A DNA stretch of 64,000 nt from an uncultured Ignavibacteria bacterium (GTDB lineage: Bacteria; Zixibacteria; MSB-5A5; RBG-16-43-9), in assembly GCA_964511075.1 (NCBI GenBank), contig CAZEDM010000010.1, positions 25,507 through 89,506 on the forward strand. Reading direction: 5' to 3'. A model generated the notes under the pieces. That model saw nothing but the letters and a program-made list of their open reading frames with translations. It ran no database searches and was not told the origin of the DNA. Both the position numbers and the translations under genes were made by a program. Position 1 is the first letter of the stretch, and every line of letters begins with the position of its first letter. Of the stretch, positions 8,525 through 18,834 are shown in pieces.

Positions 8525-9676
8525 ATGTGGGAAAGAATCAAACATATCTTTCTAAAGGAAACCATCCAGATCCGCAGGGATAGAAGGATGCTGATGGTCA
8601 TATTTGTGGCTCCGCTCCTTCAGCTGGTCTTGTTAGGGTATGCTGCCACCATGGACATAAACCGGATTCCCACAGCCGTACTGGATTACTCCAAAACCCA
8701 GGAGAGCAGAGAGTTTATTTCGCTTTTCAGTAACTCAAGCCGCTTTAAGATTAATCATTTTCCGGAAAGTCAAAAAGAGCTGATAGAGCTTTTAGACCAG
8801 GGTAAAATCTGGGTGGGAATTGAAATAGAAAATGATTTTGCCAAAAAGATGAAGAAAGGAAAGACTATTCCCGTTCAGATTTTAATTGACGGGACTAATT
8901 CCAATACCGCAGGGGTGGTCTCAGGCTATATAAACCAGTTGCTTCTCTCCTATAACAAGAGGATCAGCCAGAATAAGATACAGAAGAAACTTGCTCAGAG
9001 CTTGCTCTTCGGGCAAGTCCATCCGGTGAAAATCCTGAGCCTGGAGAACCAGGCAAGAGCCTGGTACAACCCTGAATTAAAAAGCAGAGATTATAATCTG
9101 CCCGGGGTTTTGGCTTTGCTCCTGATAATTACCACCATGATGTTGACCTCTATGGCAATTGTTAGGGAGAAAGAGATCGGAACCATTGAGCAGATAATGG
9201 TGACCCCTATAAGAACATTTGAGCTTATCCTGGGTAAAGTTTCTCCCTTTGCTCTGATCGGATTTATAGATGTGACTCTTATAACTCTGGTTGCGATTTT
9301 GTGGTTCAGAATTCCATTCAGAGGCAATTTCCTTTTTCTGCTTTTATCCGTAGGGGTTTACCTGCTAACCACCATTGGAATAGGACTTTTAATCTCTACC
9401 CTTTCCAGAACCCAGCAGCAGGCGATGATGCTTACCTTTTTCTTTCTTATGCCGGCAATAATTCTTTCCGGTTTTATGTTTCCCGTCGACAATATGCCCA
9501 GGCTGATTCAATATCTCAGTTATGCCAATCCCCTGAGATATTTTCTGGTTATTGTCAGGGGGGTTTTCCTCAAAGGAAGTGGATTGACCCTTCTCTGGGA
9601 TCAGCTCCTAGCTTTAGCCTTTATCGGGATCGTGGTTCTCCTTCTGAGTATAATTCGTTTCCAGAAGAAACTATGA
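8525..9676 (+). CDS. ABC-2 family transporter permease (second)
   Basis: Paralogous to the preceding ORF with the same topology. It is separated from the preceding stop by 1 nt. Confidence 0.8.
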   Translation: MWERIKHIFLKETIQIRRDRRMLMVIFVAPLLQLVLLGYAATMDINRIPTAVLDYSKTQESREFISLFSNSSRFKINHFPESQKELIELLDQGKIWVGIEIENDFAKKMKKGKTIPVQILIDGTNSNTAGVVSGYINQLLLSYNKRISQNKIQKKLAQSLLFGQVHPVKILSLENQARAWYNPELKSRDYNLPGVLALLLIITTMMLTSMAIVREKEIGTIEQIMVTPIRTFELILGKVSPFALIGFIDVTLITLVAILWFRIPFRGNFLFLLLSVGVYLLTTIGIGLLISTLSRTQQQAMMLTFFFLMPAIILSGFMFPVDNMPRLIQYLSYANPLRYFLVIVRGVFLKGSGLTLLWDQLLALAFIGIVVLLLSIIRFQKKL

Positions 9677-9975
9677 TATGAAACGTAATTTTTGACATAT
9701 AATCGCAAAGGGTTACGCAGGCTTAATTTCAAATTAAACAACGGCTTACAAGGTTCACCTTTAAAAAGAGTGCAAATACAAAGTTAATTTCTCTCAAAAT
9801 CTGGTTTCCGGGCCGATCAACATTTAGGGTAAGTTAAAGAATATCAAGAGATAAGGGGAATGCAGTTTTTTGGTACACGTTTTGAATAAATGAAAATAGG
9901 TTGTACAGCTTTTTATTCAGGTTTAAAGCAGGGAGATACTTCTTATTTAGCTGTAACTTCGACTTAAATTAAAGC

Positions 9976-10003
9976 TTGACAAAACTTATTTATTAGTTAA
10001 AAT
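9976..10003 (+). promoter_or_regulatory. sigma70-like promoter candidate (TTGACA-16 nt-TAAAAT)
   Basis: TTGACA at 9976-9981 and TAAAAT at 9998-10003. It sits in a 370-bp AT-rich gap upstream of the small membrane protein and TPR gene. Confidence 0.35.
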
Positions 10004-10049
10004 GTAAAGATGTTGCAGTATTTAGAGAAAAGTTTTTAAGACATTAGCT

Positions 10050-10268
10050 TTGGTGGAAGGTATCAGGTTTTCCAAGTTTGACAGAGTTTTTAATTATACC
10101 CTGGCTGGATTTTTGATCTTCCTGGGTCTTTTGGTTATAACAGGTGTATTCAAAATAGACCCAAGATTTCGTAATATATTTGGTGGAGTAATTCTGGCTT
10201 ATGGGCTTTTAAGGCTCTGGCTTTTAAAGGGTCGATATCGAAAAGAGGAAGAGAAGAGAAAAGAATAA
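10050..10268 (+). CDS. small membrane protein (hypothetical)
   Basis: The 72-aa ORF has two hydrophobic helices and a basic C-terminal tail. It precedes the TPR gene. Coding status uncertain. Confidence 0.35.
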   Translation: MVEGIRFSKFDRVFNYTLAGFLIFLGLLVITGVFKIDPRFRNIFGGVILAYGLLRLWLLKGRYRKEEEKRKE

Positions 10269-10294
10269 AAAATCCAGATTGTGAAATAAAACAC

Positions 10295-12034
10295 TTGACA
10301 GTGAAGGGATTTATGCTAAGTTTAAGGATTTTAAGTAAAGGTCTCATGAAAGAGAATAAAGTATTGTTCAGAATCTGGCTTTCAGCCTTGATCCTCTTAT
10401 TGACCTTGTATACTACAGGAGGTTGCCAGGATCTGGATAGCGGTAAAAAAGCCTACCAGAACGGAGACTACGATAAAGCCATAGCTCTGCTTACAGCTTA
10501 TCTGGGTAAAAAACCCAATGAGGCAGAAGCCTATTATTATTTGGGGAAGTGTTATTTCGAAAAGGGGGATTGGGATAATGCAATAAAACAGTATCAGGAC
10601 GCCATAGACAGGAAATCAAAATACTTAGAGGCGATCTATGAACTGGGGTTATCTTATCTGAATAAAGGCTCCTATGATGAGGCATTGAGGACATTTGACC
10701 AAGGTCTACAGATAAAAAGCAAATATGCGGATTTTTTAAACGGAAAGGGGCTGGTACAGATGGCTCAGGGTAAACTGGTGGAGGCGGATTTGAGTTTTCG
10801 CGAGGCCATCTCTGCAGATTCCAAAAAGCCGGAGTATCATAAGAACTTAGGAGATGTCAATCTGAAAAAAGAAGTACCCTCTATTGCCATTGAGCAATAC
10901 AAAAAAGCTTTAAGTTTAGATTCCACTTTGGCACGTGTTCACTACAGCTTAGGTAAAGCCTATCTTCTGCAGATGGATTTCAATGCGGCGGTGGAGGAAT
11001 TTAAAAAAACGGTCAGATTCGAGCCGAAGCTCAAGTCAGTTTATATAGAGCTGGGTGATATTTATTTCCTTGCCAAGAAATATCCAGAATCAGGATGGGC
11101 TTATAATGAATATATAAAACTGGACCAGACCGATCCTAAGGCCTATTTAGGTCTGGGTAAGTCGTATTTTTATATGTATCAATTAGACAGTGCCACGGTT
11201 GATCTGAACAGAGCTATTGAGATGGACAGCAATCTAACTGATGCCTATTATTATTTAGGCAAGTGCTATTCGGATAAAGGGATATATCCGGAGGCAGCTA
11301 AAGCCTACAATGAGTATGTGGCAAAATATGCAGGTAAGAATAATTTCGAATGGACAGCAAGAGATAGGGATTTTTTGGTAGACTACGGGAAGGTGCTCTA
11401 TAACATGGGAGATTCTCTCAGTTTAGAAAAAGCGACGAGATATTTCACTCTGGCAACAGAGGTGGACTCAAATTACAGCGAATCGTTCTTCTATCTGGGT
11501 TTGACCTATTATCAACTTAAGAAATTCAATGAAGCTATTCCAGCCTTGAAAAGAAAAATAGAGCTGGACTCAACCAGTTTCGCCAGCTATCTGAATCTGG
11601 CCTATTGTTATGTAAATTTAAAACAGTTTAAGGAGGCCTTGGAGCCCCTGAAAAAGGTGGTGGAGTTAAAACCGGATTATCTCCAGGCTCATCAATATCT
11701 GGCTTACATCTATCTGTCAGAGCTTAAATCTTATGCTGAGGCCAAGGAGGAATATGAGAAGATTCTTCAAATAAATCCAGACGACTGCCAGGCTAAAGGA
11801 AATCTGGGATACGTGCTTTTGACTTTAAACAGAGCCTCTGAGGCTATAAGGCCTCTTTTGGAGGCGGTGAGATGTAAGTCAAATGATGTCTCCTTTAATC
11901 TGTGGCTGGCACAGGCTTATGATATAACCAGTCAGTGGGAGAAGGCAAAGGAAGCCTACCGAAAGGTAATAAAATTAGACCCCAACAACAAAACGGCGAA
12001 GGATCGTCTGGCTTTCATAGATTTTAACTACTGA
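10295..12034 (+). CDS. tetratricopeptide-repeat (TPR) lipoprotein
   Basis: Signal/lipobox-like LLLTLYTTGGC is followed by many TPR units (AEAYYYLGKCYFEKGDWDNAIKQYQDAID...). The true start may be an internal Met (MLSLRIL or MKENKVLF). Confidence 0.8.
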   Translation: MTVKGFMLSLRILSKGLMKENKVLFRIWLSALILLLTLYTTGGCQDLDSGKKAYQNGDYDKAIALLTAYLGKKPNEAEAYYYLGKCYFEKGDWDNAIKQYQDAIDRKSKYLEAIYELGLSYLNKGSYDEALRTFDQGLQIKSKYADFLNGKGLVQMAQGKLVEADLSFREAISADSKKPEYHKNLGDVNLKKEVPSIAIEQYKKALSLDSTLARVHYSLGKAYLLQMDFNAAVEEFKKTVRFEPKLKSVYIELGDIYFLAKKYPESGWAYNEYIKLDQTDPKAYLGLGKSYFYMYQLDSATVDLNRAIEMDSNLTDAYYYLGKCYSDKGIYPEAAKAYNEYVAKYAGKNNFEWTARDRDFLVDYGKVLYNMGDSLSLEKATRYFTLATEVDSNYSESFFYLGLTYYQLKKFNEAIPALKRKIELDSTSFASYLNLAYCYVNLKQFKEALEPLKKVVELKPDYLQAHQYLAYIYLSELKSYAEAKEEYEKILQINPDDCQAKGNLGYVLLTLNRASEAIRPLLEAVRCKSNDVSFNLWLAQAYDITSQWEKAKEAYRKVIKLDPNNKTAKDRLAFIDFNY

Positions 12035-12081
12035 TTTTAAGGAATATAATTGGATTTCAAGGGTATATATAAAGGAGCGAT

Positions 12082-12789
12082 ATGGTGGAGGAAAAAAAGG
12101 ATGCCCAAGAGGAAAACCTGCGTTACAAGTATATAGGTTTTGACGTTTATCCTCTTAAGGCTAAGAGATTCTGGAAAAATACGGAAGAGGAGAAAAAATA
12201 TTTAGAGCAGGTCAGGAATAGAGAAGAACACGGGGAAAGAGAAGAAAGAGACCATAGTGTAGTCTATGTCTCGGTTTTCTCGCCTGTGGAAAAAATCATA
12301 CTGACTTTGACTTCAGCTTTGATGATTTTGAGTCTTTTCCTTCCGTGGTTTAACTTCTCCCAGGGAGAAACGGTTATACGCTATAGTGCCCTGCAATACC
12401 TGTTTAAATTCGGAAGCCTGATGACCTATTCTGGTTTAGGAGGAGCACTTATGGGAATCCTGGCGGTATTGTTCCTGTTGATGATTATCGTTTCTTTTTT
12501 ATTGGGAATTTTCAACCTGCTATCCATATACGGCAAAACCAGCATGGAAGAAAACTATCTTCCTAAGATCAAAAGGTCACTTAAGTTCAATTCAATACCT
12601 TTCGTTCTGTGGATTATGGCAATTGTCCTGTCAATAATTGGGATAGCAACTCCACTGGCCAGTGCTTTGGGAGTAAAACAGCTCAAGGAAGCTTTCAATG
12701 TGGTTACCCTGGTGAGCATATCCGGCATAGGTCTGTGGATCAGCATAGGATGTTGGGTCTTGAATAGTGTTAAAGCCAATGACTTATAA
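12082..12789 (+). CDS. membrane protein, hypothetical (charged N-terminus, 4-5 TM)
   Basis: A 235-aa ORF in the Ton-system operon context. Confidence 0.5.
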   Translation: MVEEKKDAQEENLRYKYIGFDVYPLKAKRFWKNTEEEKKYLEQVRNREEHGEREERDHSVVYVSVFSPVEKIILTLTSALMILSLFLPWFNFSQGETVIRYSALQYLFKFGSLMTYSGLGGALMGILAVLFLLMIIVSFLLGIFNLLSIYGKTSMEENYLPKIKRSLKFNSIPFVLWIMAIVLSIIGIATPLASALGVKQLKEAFNVVTLVSISGIGLWISIGCWVLNSVKANDL

Positions 12790-12879
12790 GAGGTCGAAGG
12801 AGGTCAGGATGAGATAGGCTCTGGTTAGATAAAAAGAGAAATTCGAATTTAATTCTAAACATTAAAGGAGGTATTTTTC

Positions 12880-13608
12880 GTGAAACAATCTGTATTCGTA
12901 ACCCTGGTTTTGGTGGTCTCCTTGGCAGTAGGATTTTTAATCTGGAGCCAGTTGCCCGCATACCTGAGAGAGGGAGGACCACTGGTTGGAGTACTGATCT
13001 CTTTATCCGTTATGCTTTTGTCTTTTATCCTGGAGCGACTTTTCACGTTGAGGAAAGCCCGGGGAAGAACTTCGATTCAGTCCTTTTTCAAGAATGTGAT
13101 AATGATGCTGGACAAAGGAGATTTTGATAGTGCAGTTGCTGCCTGTGATAAGCAGAGAGGCACAACCGCCAATGTTTTAAGGGCTGGAATTGAGAGGTAC
13201 AAACAATTGAAAGATGCGGGCATTGCCTCGGAGAAGCGATTAAGCGAGACCCAGAGAGCAATAGAGGAAGCCAATGCTTTAGAGGTTCCACTTTTAGAGA
13301 GGAACTTGATCGCCCTGTCCACTATCGCCTCCATCGCAACCATGGTAGGTCTTTTAGGGACCACCATCGGTATGATCAGGGCATTTGCGGCAACTTCACA
13401 AAGGGTTGGAGGAGTGGTGGATGCTATGATGTTGGCAAGAGGAATAGCTGAAGCTTTAGTGAATACTGCCGGAGGGCTTTTCAACGCTATCATAGGTATT
13501 GTGGCATATAATTTTTTTGTTAATAAGGTGGACGCCTTTAACTATACCATGGACGAGGCAACTTATGAAGTTTTACAGCTTTTGAAGAGTAAGGAGGCTG
13601 AGAAGTAA
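12880..13608 (+). CDS. exbB: MotA/TolQ/ExbB proton-channel family protein
   Basis: GTG start with RBS aaaggagg. Three TM helices and the conserved LLGTTIGMIRAF motif. Confidence 0.85.
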   Translation: MKQSVFVTLVLVVSLAVGFLIWSQLPAYLREGGPLVGVLISLSVMLLSFILERLFTLRKARGRTSIQSFFKNVIMMLDKGDFDSAVAACDKQRGTTANVLRAGIERYKQLKDAGIASEKRLSETQRAIEEANALEVPLLERNLIALSTIASIATMVGLLGTTIGMIRAFAATSQRVGGVVDAMMLARGIAEALVNTAGGLFNAIIGIVAYNFFVNKVDAFNYTMDEATYEVLQLLKSKEAEK

Positions 13609-14072
13609 TGCTGAAGAAGATGAAAAGGAGAATAGGGGTCAAGATTGATATGACCCCTATGGTGGACATCGCCTTTCTGCTTTTAATCTTCTATATGACC
13701 ACCACCCAGTTCAAGCCTCCGGAAAAGAGATCGGTGTCTCTCCCTGTTTCCCACTCCCAGATGAAGCTACCGGAGACGGATATTTTGACCATTACTGTTA
13801 CCAAAGAAGATAGTATCTTCGTAGATTATCTCACCAGGAAGGAAGTAGAGATACAGGGTAAAAAGGAGAAGGTCACTGAGAGGATCTATGAGGAGGTTAA
13901 TCTTAATACGGTGGTTGGAGTGATAAACTCCATTCGGGCAAAATATCCACGGATATTTGTGGTGATTAAAGCAGACAAGGATGCTCGTTATGGGGTGATG
14001 CAAAGCCTGATGACCACCATGAGAGATAACTATATGCCTCGCTTTCAATTAGTAACCGAAACCGAAACTTGA
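13608..14072 (+). CDS. exbD: ExbD/TolR biopolymer transport protein
   Basis: Motif IDMTPMVDIAFLLLIFYM. Its start overlaps the exbB stop. Confidence 0.85.
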   Translation: MLKKMKRRIGVKIDMTPMVDIAFLLLIFYMTTTQFKPPEKRSVSLPVSHSQMKLPETDILTITVTKEDSIFVDYLTRKEVEIQGKKEKVTERIYEEVNLNTVVGVINSIRAKYPRIFVVIKADKDARYGVMQSLMTTMRDNYMPRFQLVTETET

Positions 14073-14116
14073 GTTAATTATATGATATAGAGCAATTTTT
14101 TTGAGGAGTAATTTTT

Positions 14117-14668
14117 ATGGCAGCAGTTGATGTAGGAGGACCAAGTCCTCGAGGTAAAAAGACCAGCGGTCTCAGAAGGCCTAAAAGGAGGATTGGGATA
14201 CGCATTGATATGACCCCTATGGTGGATATAGCTTTTCTTCTTCTGATCTTCTATATGGTAACCACCATCTTCAGTATGCCTCAGGCTATGGAAATCAATC
14301 TTCCTCCCCAGGACCTTCCAGTACCTGTAGCAGAATCCAACCTCTTAACCTTGAGGGTAGATGCAAACGGAGAGATGTACTGGAATATGGGAGTGGAAAA
14401 GCCAGAACCTCTGCCCTGGGATTCTTTAAAATCTCTGCTTTTACGAATGAATTCTAAAAAGCCTAAGCTGGTAACTCTGATAAAGATTCATAAAGATGCT
14501 AAGTATTCCAAGATGGTAGATATAATTGATGAGGTTCAACTGATTGAGAGGCAGATAAAGGAGAAAAACGAAGGATTCAGCTATCGTTTCAGCTTCGCCC
14601 CTTTTACAGATGAGGATGAAGGGCTTATCACCGGAAAGCTCAAGCCCAAAGGAGGGAGTAAAAAATGA
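14117..14668 (+). CDS. exbD: ExbD/TolR biopolymer transport protein (second copy)
   Basis: Motif IDMTPMVDIAFLLLIFYMVTT. Confidence 0.8.
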   Translation: MAAVDVGGPSPRGKKTSGLRRPKRRIGIRIDMTPMVDIAFLLLIFYMVTTIFSMPQAMEINLPPQDLPVPVAESNLLTLRVDANGEMYWNMGVEKPEPLPWDSLKSLLLRMNSKKPKLVTLIKIHKDAKYSKMVDIIDEVQLIERQIKEKNEGFSYRFSFAPFTDEDEGLITGKLKPKGGSKK

Positions 14669-15399
14669 AAATAGCAACTCCTTATGGAGCATTCGAGCTT
14701 AAAAGAGCTTATCAGAGGAACCTGGGTTCAGCCGTAATTCTGGCTGGTCTGGTGCATATCGTATTAATAGGTTCCTTTCTACTTTTTTCTCATATCAGGG
14801 CCCAGAAGCCCTCAGCTACCAAAATCATTACAATAAAGAGCGTAGCTGATTTGGGTGCGCCTCCCTCTCTATCGCAGAGTATGACTCGTCAAGTTGCAGT
14901 AGCTGCTCCTGCTGCAGCTGCGCCACCATCGGTTGGTATTCCTGAAGCGGTTCCGGATGAGGAGGTCAAGGAGACTGTCACCCTGGCTACCCAGGCGGAG
15001 CTGGGGGTCTTGCAGAACCCCACTATTACTACGGAAGGAGCGGGCAGCGGAGAATCCCTCGTGGTAAATATCCCCGCAGAAGAGTATCTGCCTTCGTCAG
15101 AGGAGTTCGTTCCCTATGAGGAAGCTCCGGTTCCAATAAAATGGGTTAAGCCAGATTACCCCGAGTTAGCCAAGAAGGCAGGAGTGGAGGGTGTGGTTTG
15201 GGTACAGGCTTTGGTGGATAAACACGGCAAGGTCCGGGATGCCAAGTGCATCGATAACCCCAAACTGAGCGTGAATCCGAATATCTTCTGCGAGGATGCA
15301 GTGAAAGCAGCTATGAAGAATGAATATAAACCAGCCATCAGCAACAAGGAACCAGTGGCTGTCTGGGTGCAGTATAAAGTAGAATTCACTCTGAAATAA
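14665..15399 (+). CDS. tonB: energy transducer TonB
   Basis: N-terminal TM, an Ala/Pro-rich linker, and a TonB C-terminal domain (PDYPELAKKAGVEGVVWVQALVDKHGKV). It overlaps exbD by 4 nt. Confidence 0.8.
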   Translation: MKIATPYGAFELKRAYQRNLGSAVILAGLVHIVLIGSFLLFSHIRAQKPSATKIITIKSVADLGAPPSLSQSMTRQVAVAAPAAAAPPSVGIPEAVPDEEVKETVTLATQAELGVLQNPTITTEGAGSGESLVVNIPAEEYLPSSEEFVPYEEAPVPIKWVKPDYPELAKKAGVEGVVWVQALVDKHGKVRDAKCIDNPKLSVNPNIFCEDAVKAAMKNEYKPAISNKEPVAVWVQYKVEFTLK

Positions 15400-15443
15400 G
15401 GATGTAAATTAACCGGGGATGCTCTGAAATATAGAAAAATCTT

Positions 15444-15476
15444 AAGGCAGTTTATTTTAAACTGCCTTTTGTTTTT
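15444..15476 (+). terminator. intrinsic terminator after tonB
   Basis: Perfect 10-bp stem aaggcagttt/aaactgcctt with loop atttt, followed by TTGTTTTT. Confidence 0.8.
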
Positions 15477-15496
15477 AAAATTAATTCAAAAGGAAG

Positions 15497-17848
15497 GTGG
15501 AAATGCCAAAATTTCTTCGCTTAAGGCAATATGTTTTCCTAATTTTTGTATTCTTAACTCTATCTCCGGGGAATCTTTTAGCTGGTGAACAGGATATCTC
15601 TCTACCCCCCTTTGACCGCACTGTCAATTTAGCTCTGTATTTCGTTCTGCTCTCTGCCATCCTGGGATTGGCCTACGGCTTATATCTGGCTTTCAAGGTT
15701 ATCAGGAAAGATCAAGGTACGCCCAAGATGATAGAGGTGGCAAAGGCAATTCAGGAGGGGGCCAAAGCCTATTTAACGCGACAGTTCCGGGTTCTGTTCT
15801 TCTTCATAATACTTCTGACCATAATACTTTTTTTCGTTTATAGAAATATCTATCTCCTTCCAGATGGAAGCACGGACTGGAAGCTGGTCTGGGGAATAGC
15901 CTTATCCTTTCTGGCTGGTTCAACCCTCTCTGCCATGACCGGTCTTATCGGTATGTCTGTTGCTGTCAGGGGTAATGTAAGAGTAGCCCATGCAGCCAGG
16001 ACTTCCTTTAAAAATGCCCTGGAAACTGCTTTTCAATCCGGTACAGTTACCGGAATGTTTACTATTGGGATGGGGCTGGTGGGAGCAACAATCATCTTTA
16101 TGCTCTTCAGGGAACAGGCGATGATGGTTTTGATCGGCTTTGGATTTGGAGGGAGTTTGGTAGCGCTTTTTATGAGGGTAGGTGGTGGAATCTACACCAA
16201 AGCCGCAGATGTGGGGGCAGATTTAGTGGGTAAGGTCGAAGCAGGAATTCCGGAGGATGACCCCCGGAATGCGGCTGTAATCGCAGATAACGTGGGCGAT
16301 AACGTGGGGGATTGTGCCGGAATGGCCGCAGACCTTTTTGAGTCCTATGAGGTCACTCTGGTCGCGGCTATGATCTTGGGAGCATCCTATGCCGCATTTA
16401 ACCCCACCCCTTTTGGCGGGGATCTGGCTTTAAAATTGATTGTCTTCCCACTTTTAGTAAGGGCAGTAGGGGTTTTCGCCTCTATCCTGGGAACCTGGAG
16501 CGTCAAAGGAAAAGACAAAAGGGATTTCAATCCGATGAGGCCTATCCAGAACGGGTTTTTAGTCTCTGCGATAACATCCACCATCGGCTTCGGACTTATA
16601 AACTACTTCTACATAAAAACCCCTGAAGGTACCCCGGACATGAGATTTTTCTGGGCAACTTTTTCCGGAATCGTTCTGGCAGTTCTTATCAGTTATCTAA
16701 CAGAATACTATACTGCGGTGGAATACAACCCAGTTAAGGAAACTGCACGTGCTACCAGGACCGGACCTGCAACTACCATTTTAGCAGGGTTCTCAGAGGG
16801 TATGGAATCCACAGTTCTGGCTATTGTAGTTATTGCTGTTACTATCATGACCTCAAACCTTATCTTCGGAGGAGATTTAGCCTTAGCCGCCTATGGAATT
16901 GCCTTGGCTGGAATGGGCATGTTAACCACTACCGGAATTATAGTCTCCATGGATTCCTATGGACCGGTATCAGACAATGCCAATGGTATCTTTGAGATGT
17001 CCAAGGTCTTAGAGGAGGATAAAAATCCAGAGGCACATCATATCGTTCACAAATTAGATGCGGTAGGAAATACCACCAAGGCGGTGACCAAAGGTTTTGC
17101 CATAGGCTCTGCAGTAATAGCAGCGGTTTCGCTGTTCAGATCTTATGGCTCAGATATAAATCTGCTTGACCCAGCTTATAAATTCTTCGAAAGGGGTATT
17201 CAGATAAATATGCCTAAGGCTTTCGTAGGTCTTTTAATCGGAGGAGCCATGCCTTTCCTTTTCAGTTCCTTAGCCATAAGGGCGGTTGCGAGAGCAGCTT
17301 TTCAGGTGGTGGAGGAAGTAAGAAGGCAGTTCAAGGAAATACCCGGAATTATGGAAGGGAAAAATAAACCAGAATATTACAGATGTGTTAATATCTCCAC
17401 TGTTGCCGCGCAAAAGGAGCTTATCACGCCCGGGCTTCTGGCAATCCTTTCCCCCTTGATAGTGGGGTTTCTCTTAGGAGTGGACGGTTTAGGAGGCTTT
17501 TTAGCCGGGATAATCTTAACTGGCCAGCTTCTGGCGGTGATGCTTTCCAATGCAGGCGGAACCTGGGATAATGCTAAGAAGACCATAGAGGCTGGGCTTT
17601 ATGGTGGAAAAGGCTCAGAGGCTCATAAGGCAAGCGTGATTGGAGATACAGTGGGCGATCCCTTCAAGGATACAGCAGGGCCTTCCCTTAACCCACTGAT
17701 CAAAGTAATGAACTTGGTCTCCATTCTTATTCTACCCTTGATTATAGGCAAGAGCCAGCTTTCCACCGACCTTAAAATTCCCTCCGCTATTGTAGCTTTC
17801 GTGGTTCTCTTTATCGCATTACTGATTAGTAAGAGAAGCAAAGAATAG
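15497..17848 (+). CDS. hppA: membrane-bound H(+)-translocating pyrophosphatase (K+-independent type)
   Basis: Signatures GDNVGDCAGMAADLFESY, GDTVGDPFKDTAGPSLNPLIKVM, and GNTTKA with Lys. Confidence 0.9.
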   Translation: MEMPKFLRLRQYVFLIFVFLTLSPGNLLAGEQDISLPPFDRTVNLALYFVLLSAILGLAYGLYLAFKVIRKDQGTPKMIEVAKAIQEGAKAYLTRQFRVLFFFIILLTIILFFVYRNIYLLPDGSTDWKLVWGIALSFLAGSTLSAMTGLIGMSVAVRGNVRVAHAARTSFKNALETAFQSGTVTGMFTIGMGLVGATIIFMLFREQAMMVLIGFGFGGSLVALFMRVGGGIYTKAADVGADLVGKVEAGIPEDDPRNAAVIADNVGDNVGDCAGMAADLFESYEVTLVAAMILGASYAAFNPTPFGGDLALKLIVFPLLVRAVGVFASILGTWSVKGKDKRDFNPMRPIQNGFLVSAITSTIGFGLINYFYIKTPEGTPDMRFFWATFSGIVLAVLISYLTEYYTAVEYNPVKETARATRTGPATTILAGFSEGMESTVLAIVVIAVTIMTSNLIFGGDLALAAYGIALAGMGMLTTTGIIVSMDSYGPVSDNANGIFEMSKVLEEDKNPEAHHIVHKLDAVGNTTKAVTKGFAIGSAVIAAVSLFRSYGSDINLLDPAYKFFERGIQINMPKAFVGLLIGGAMPFLFSSLAIRAVARAAFQVVEEVRRQFKEIPGIMEGKNKPEYYRCVNISTVAAQKELITPGLLAILSPLIVGFLLGVDGLGGFLAGIILTGQLLAVMLSNAGGTWDNAKKTIEAGLYGGKGSEAHKASVIGDTVGDPFKDTAGPSLNPLIKVMNLVSILILPLIIGKSQLSTDLKIPSAIVAFVVLFIALLISKRSKE

Positions 17849-18065
17849 TAAAAATCAGGCCTAGACTATATCTGAATAATTTATTTAATTACTGTCAGCT
17901 GATCTTTTGACCAATGACTTTCTCCTTTCCGGAATAATCGCAACGAAAACAGGAACTTAAAAGACAAAAAATACCAAAGACAATTCCCTTTTCCATTGAT
18001 TTTTGAAACCTTTTTGAGTTTATTTCGTTAAAATATTATGTATATCTTTATAAACAGGAGGTAGA

Positions 18066-18812
18066 ATGGAAGAGCAAACCAAGTCATTCGAGCCAGAAAA
18101 AACGGAGAGAATGGGATTTCTTTCCCGCATCGCAGGGATATTTTTCGAACCCAGAAAACTCTTCAATTATCTGAATTATAAGCCGTCCTGGCTTTTTGCT
18201 TTTATTCTGATTCTGATAATTGCCATAATCATAGCGGAGGTGATTTTGCCCCAGAATCTCCTTTTACAAAAAGAGATAGTATCCCAAATACCCCGGCTTT
18301 CCTCAGCTCCTCCAGAAGTTCTGGAGAGGATGACCGAGGTTGATACAGGCAAGAGAATAAGTACAGCCGTGAGCGAGGTTTTCAAGAATCTCATAGGACT
18401 TTTCCTGCTCACCTCCATGGTTTATTTTTTCTGCAATATCATCCTGGGCGGTGAGAGCAGTTACAAAAAGGTCTTATCGGTGGTGACATACACTTCCTTT
18501 GTTCCCCTCTTAGGGGCGATACTTAAAACACCTTTGATACTGGCAAAAAACTCTGCGGATGTTCAGACGAGTCTGGCACTGTTGATGCCGGAAGGTGATT
18601 TTACCAAGATCAGATATCTGCTGCTCGCATTTATAGATATCTTCGCAATCTGGCAGGTAATCCTAATAGCCCTGGGAATGATGGTTCTATATAGATTCAC
18701 CAAGGGAAAAGCTTTTACTGCTGCCATAATAAGTTGGCTAGTTGTTGTATTATTAGGTATAGGGTTAAGCGTGATGGGAATGTCCTTTGCGGGAGTCCCG
18801 ATCAGCTGGTAA
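18066..18812 (+). CDS. Yip1-family membrane protein
   Basis: The 248-aa ORF has five TM helices and a Yip1/DUF1282-like layout. RBS aggaggt lies upstream. Confidence 0.5.
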   Translation: MEEQTKSFEPEKTERMGFLSRIAGIFFEPRKLFNYLNYKPSWLFAFILILIIAIIIAEVILPQNLLLQKEIVSQIPRLSSAPPEVLERMTEVDTGKRISTAVSEVFKNLIGLFLLTSMVYFFCNIILGGESSYKKVLSVVTYTSFVPLLGAILKTPLILAKNSADVQTSLALLMPEGDFTKIRYLLLAFIDIFAIWQVILIALGMMVLYRFTKGKAFTAAIISWLVVVLLGIGLSVMGMSFAGVPISW

Positions 18813-18834
18813 AAATCTTTTTTTTAAAGGAGTG

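Noticed and set aside
17849-18065. Sigma70-like promoter upstream of the Yip1 gene (TTGAAA ... TAAAAT)
   Set aside because: The spacer between candidate hexamers is ~20 nt, too long for a confident call.
18787-18834. Upstream start (18787) for the first TolC gene given by the ORF track
   Set aside because: It would add 16 residues before the obvious signal peptide and overlap the Yip1 gene. An RBS precedes the ATG at 18835.
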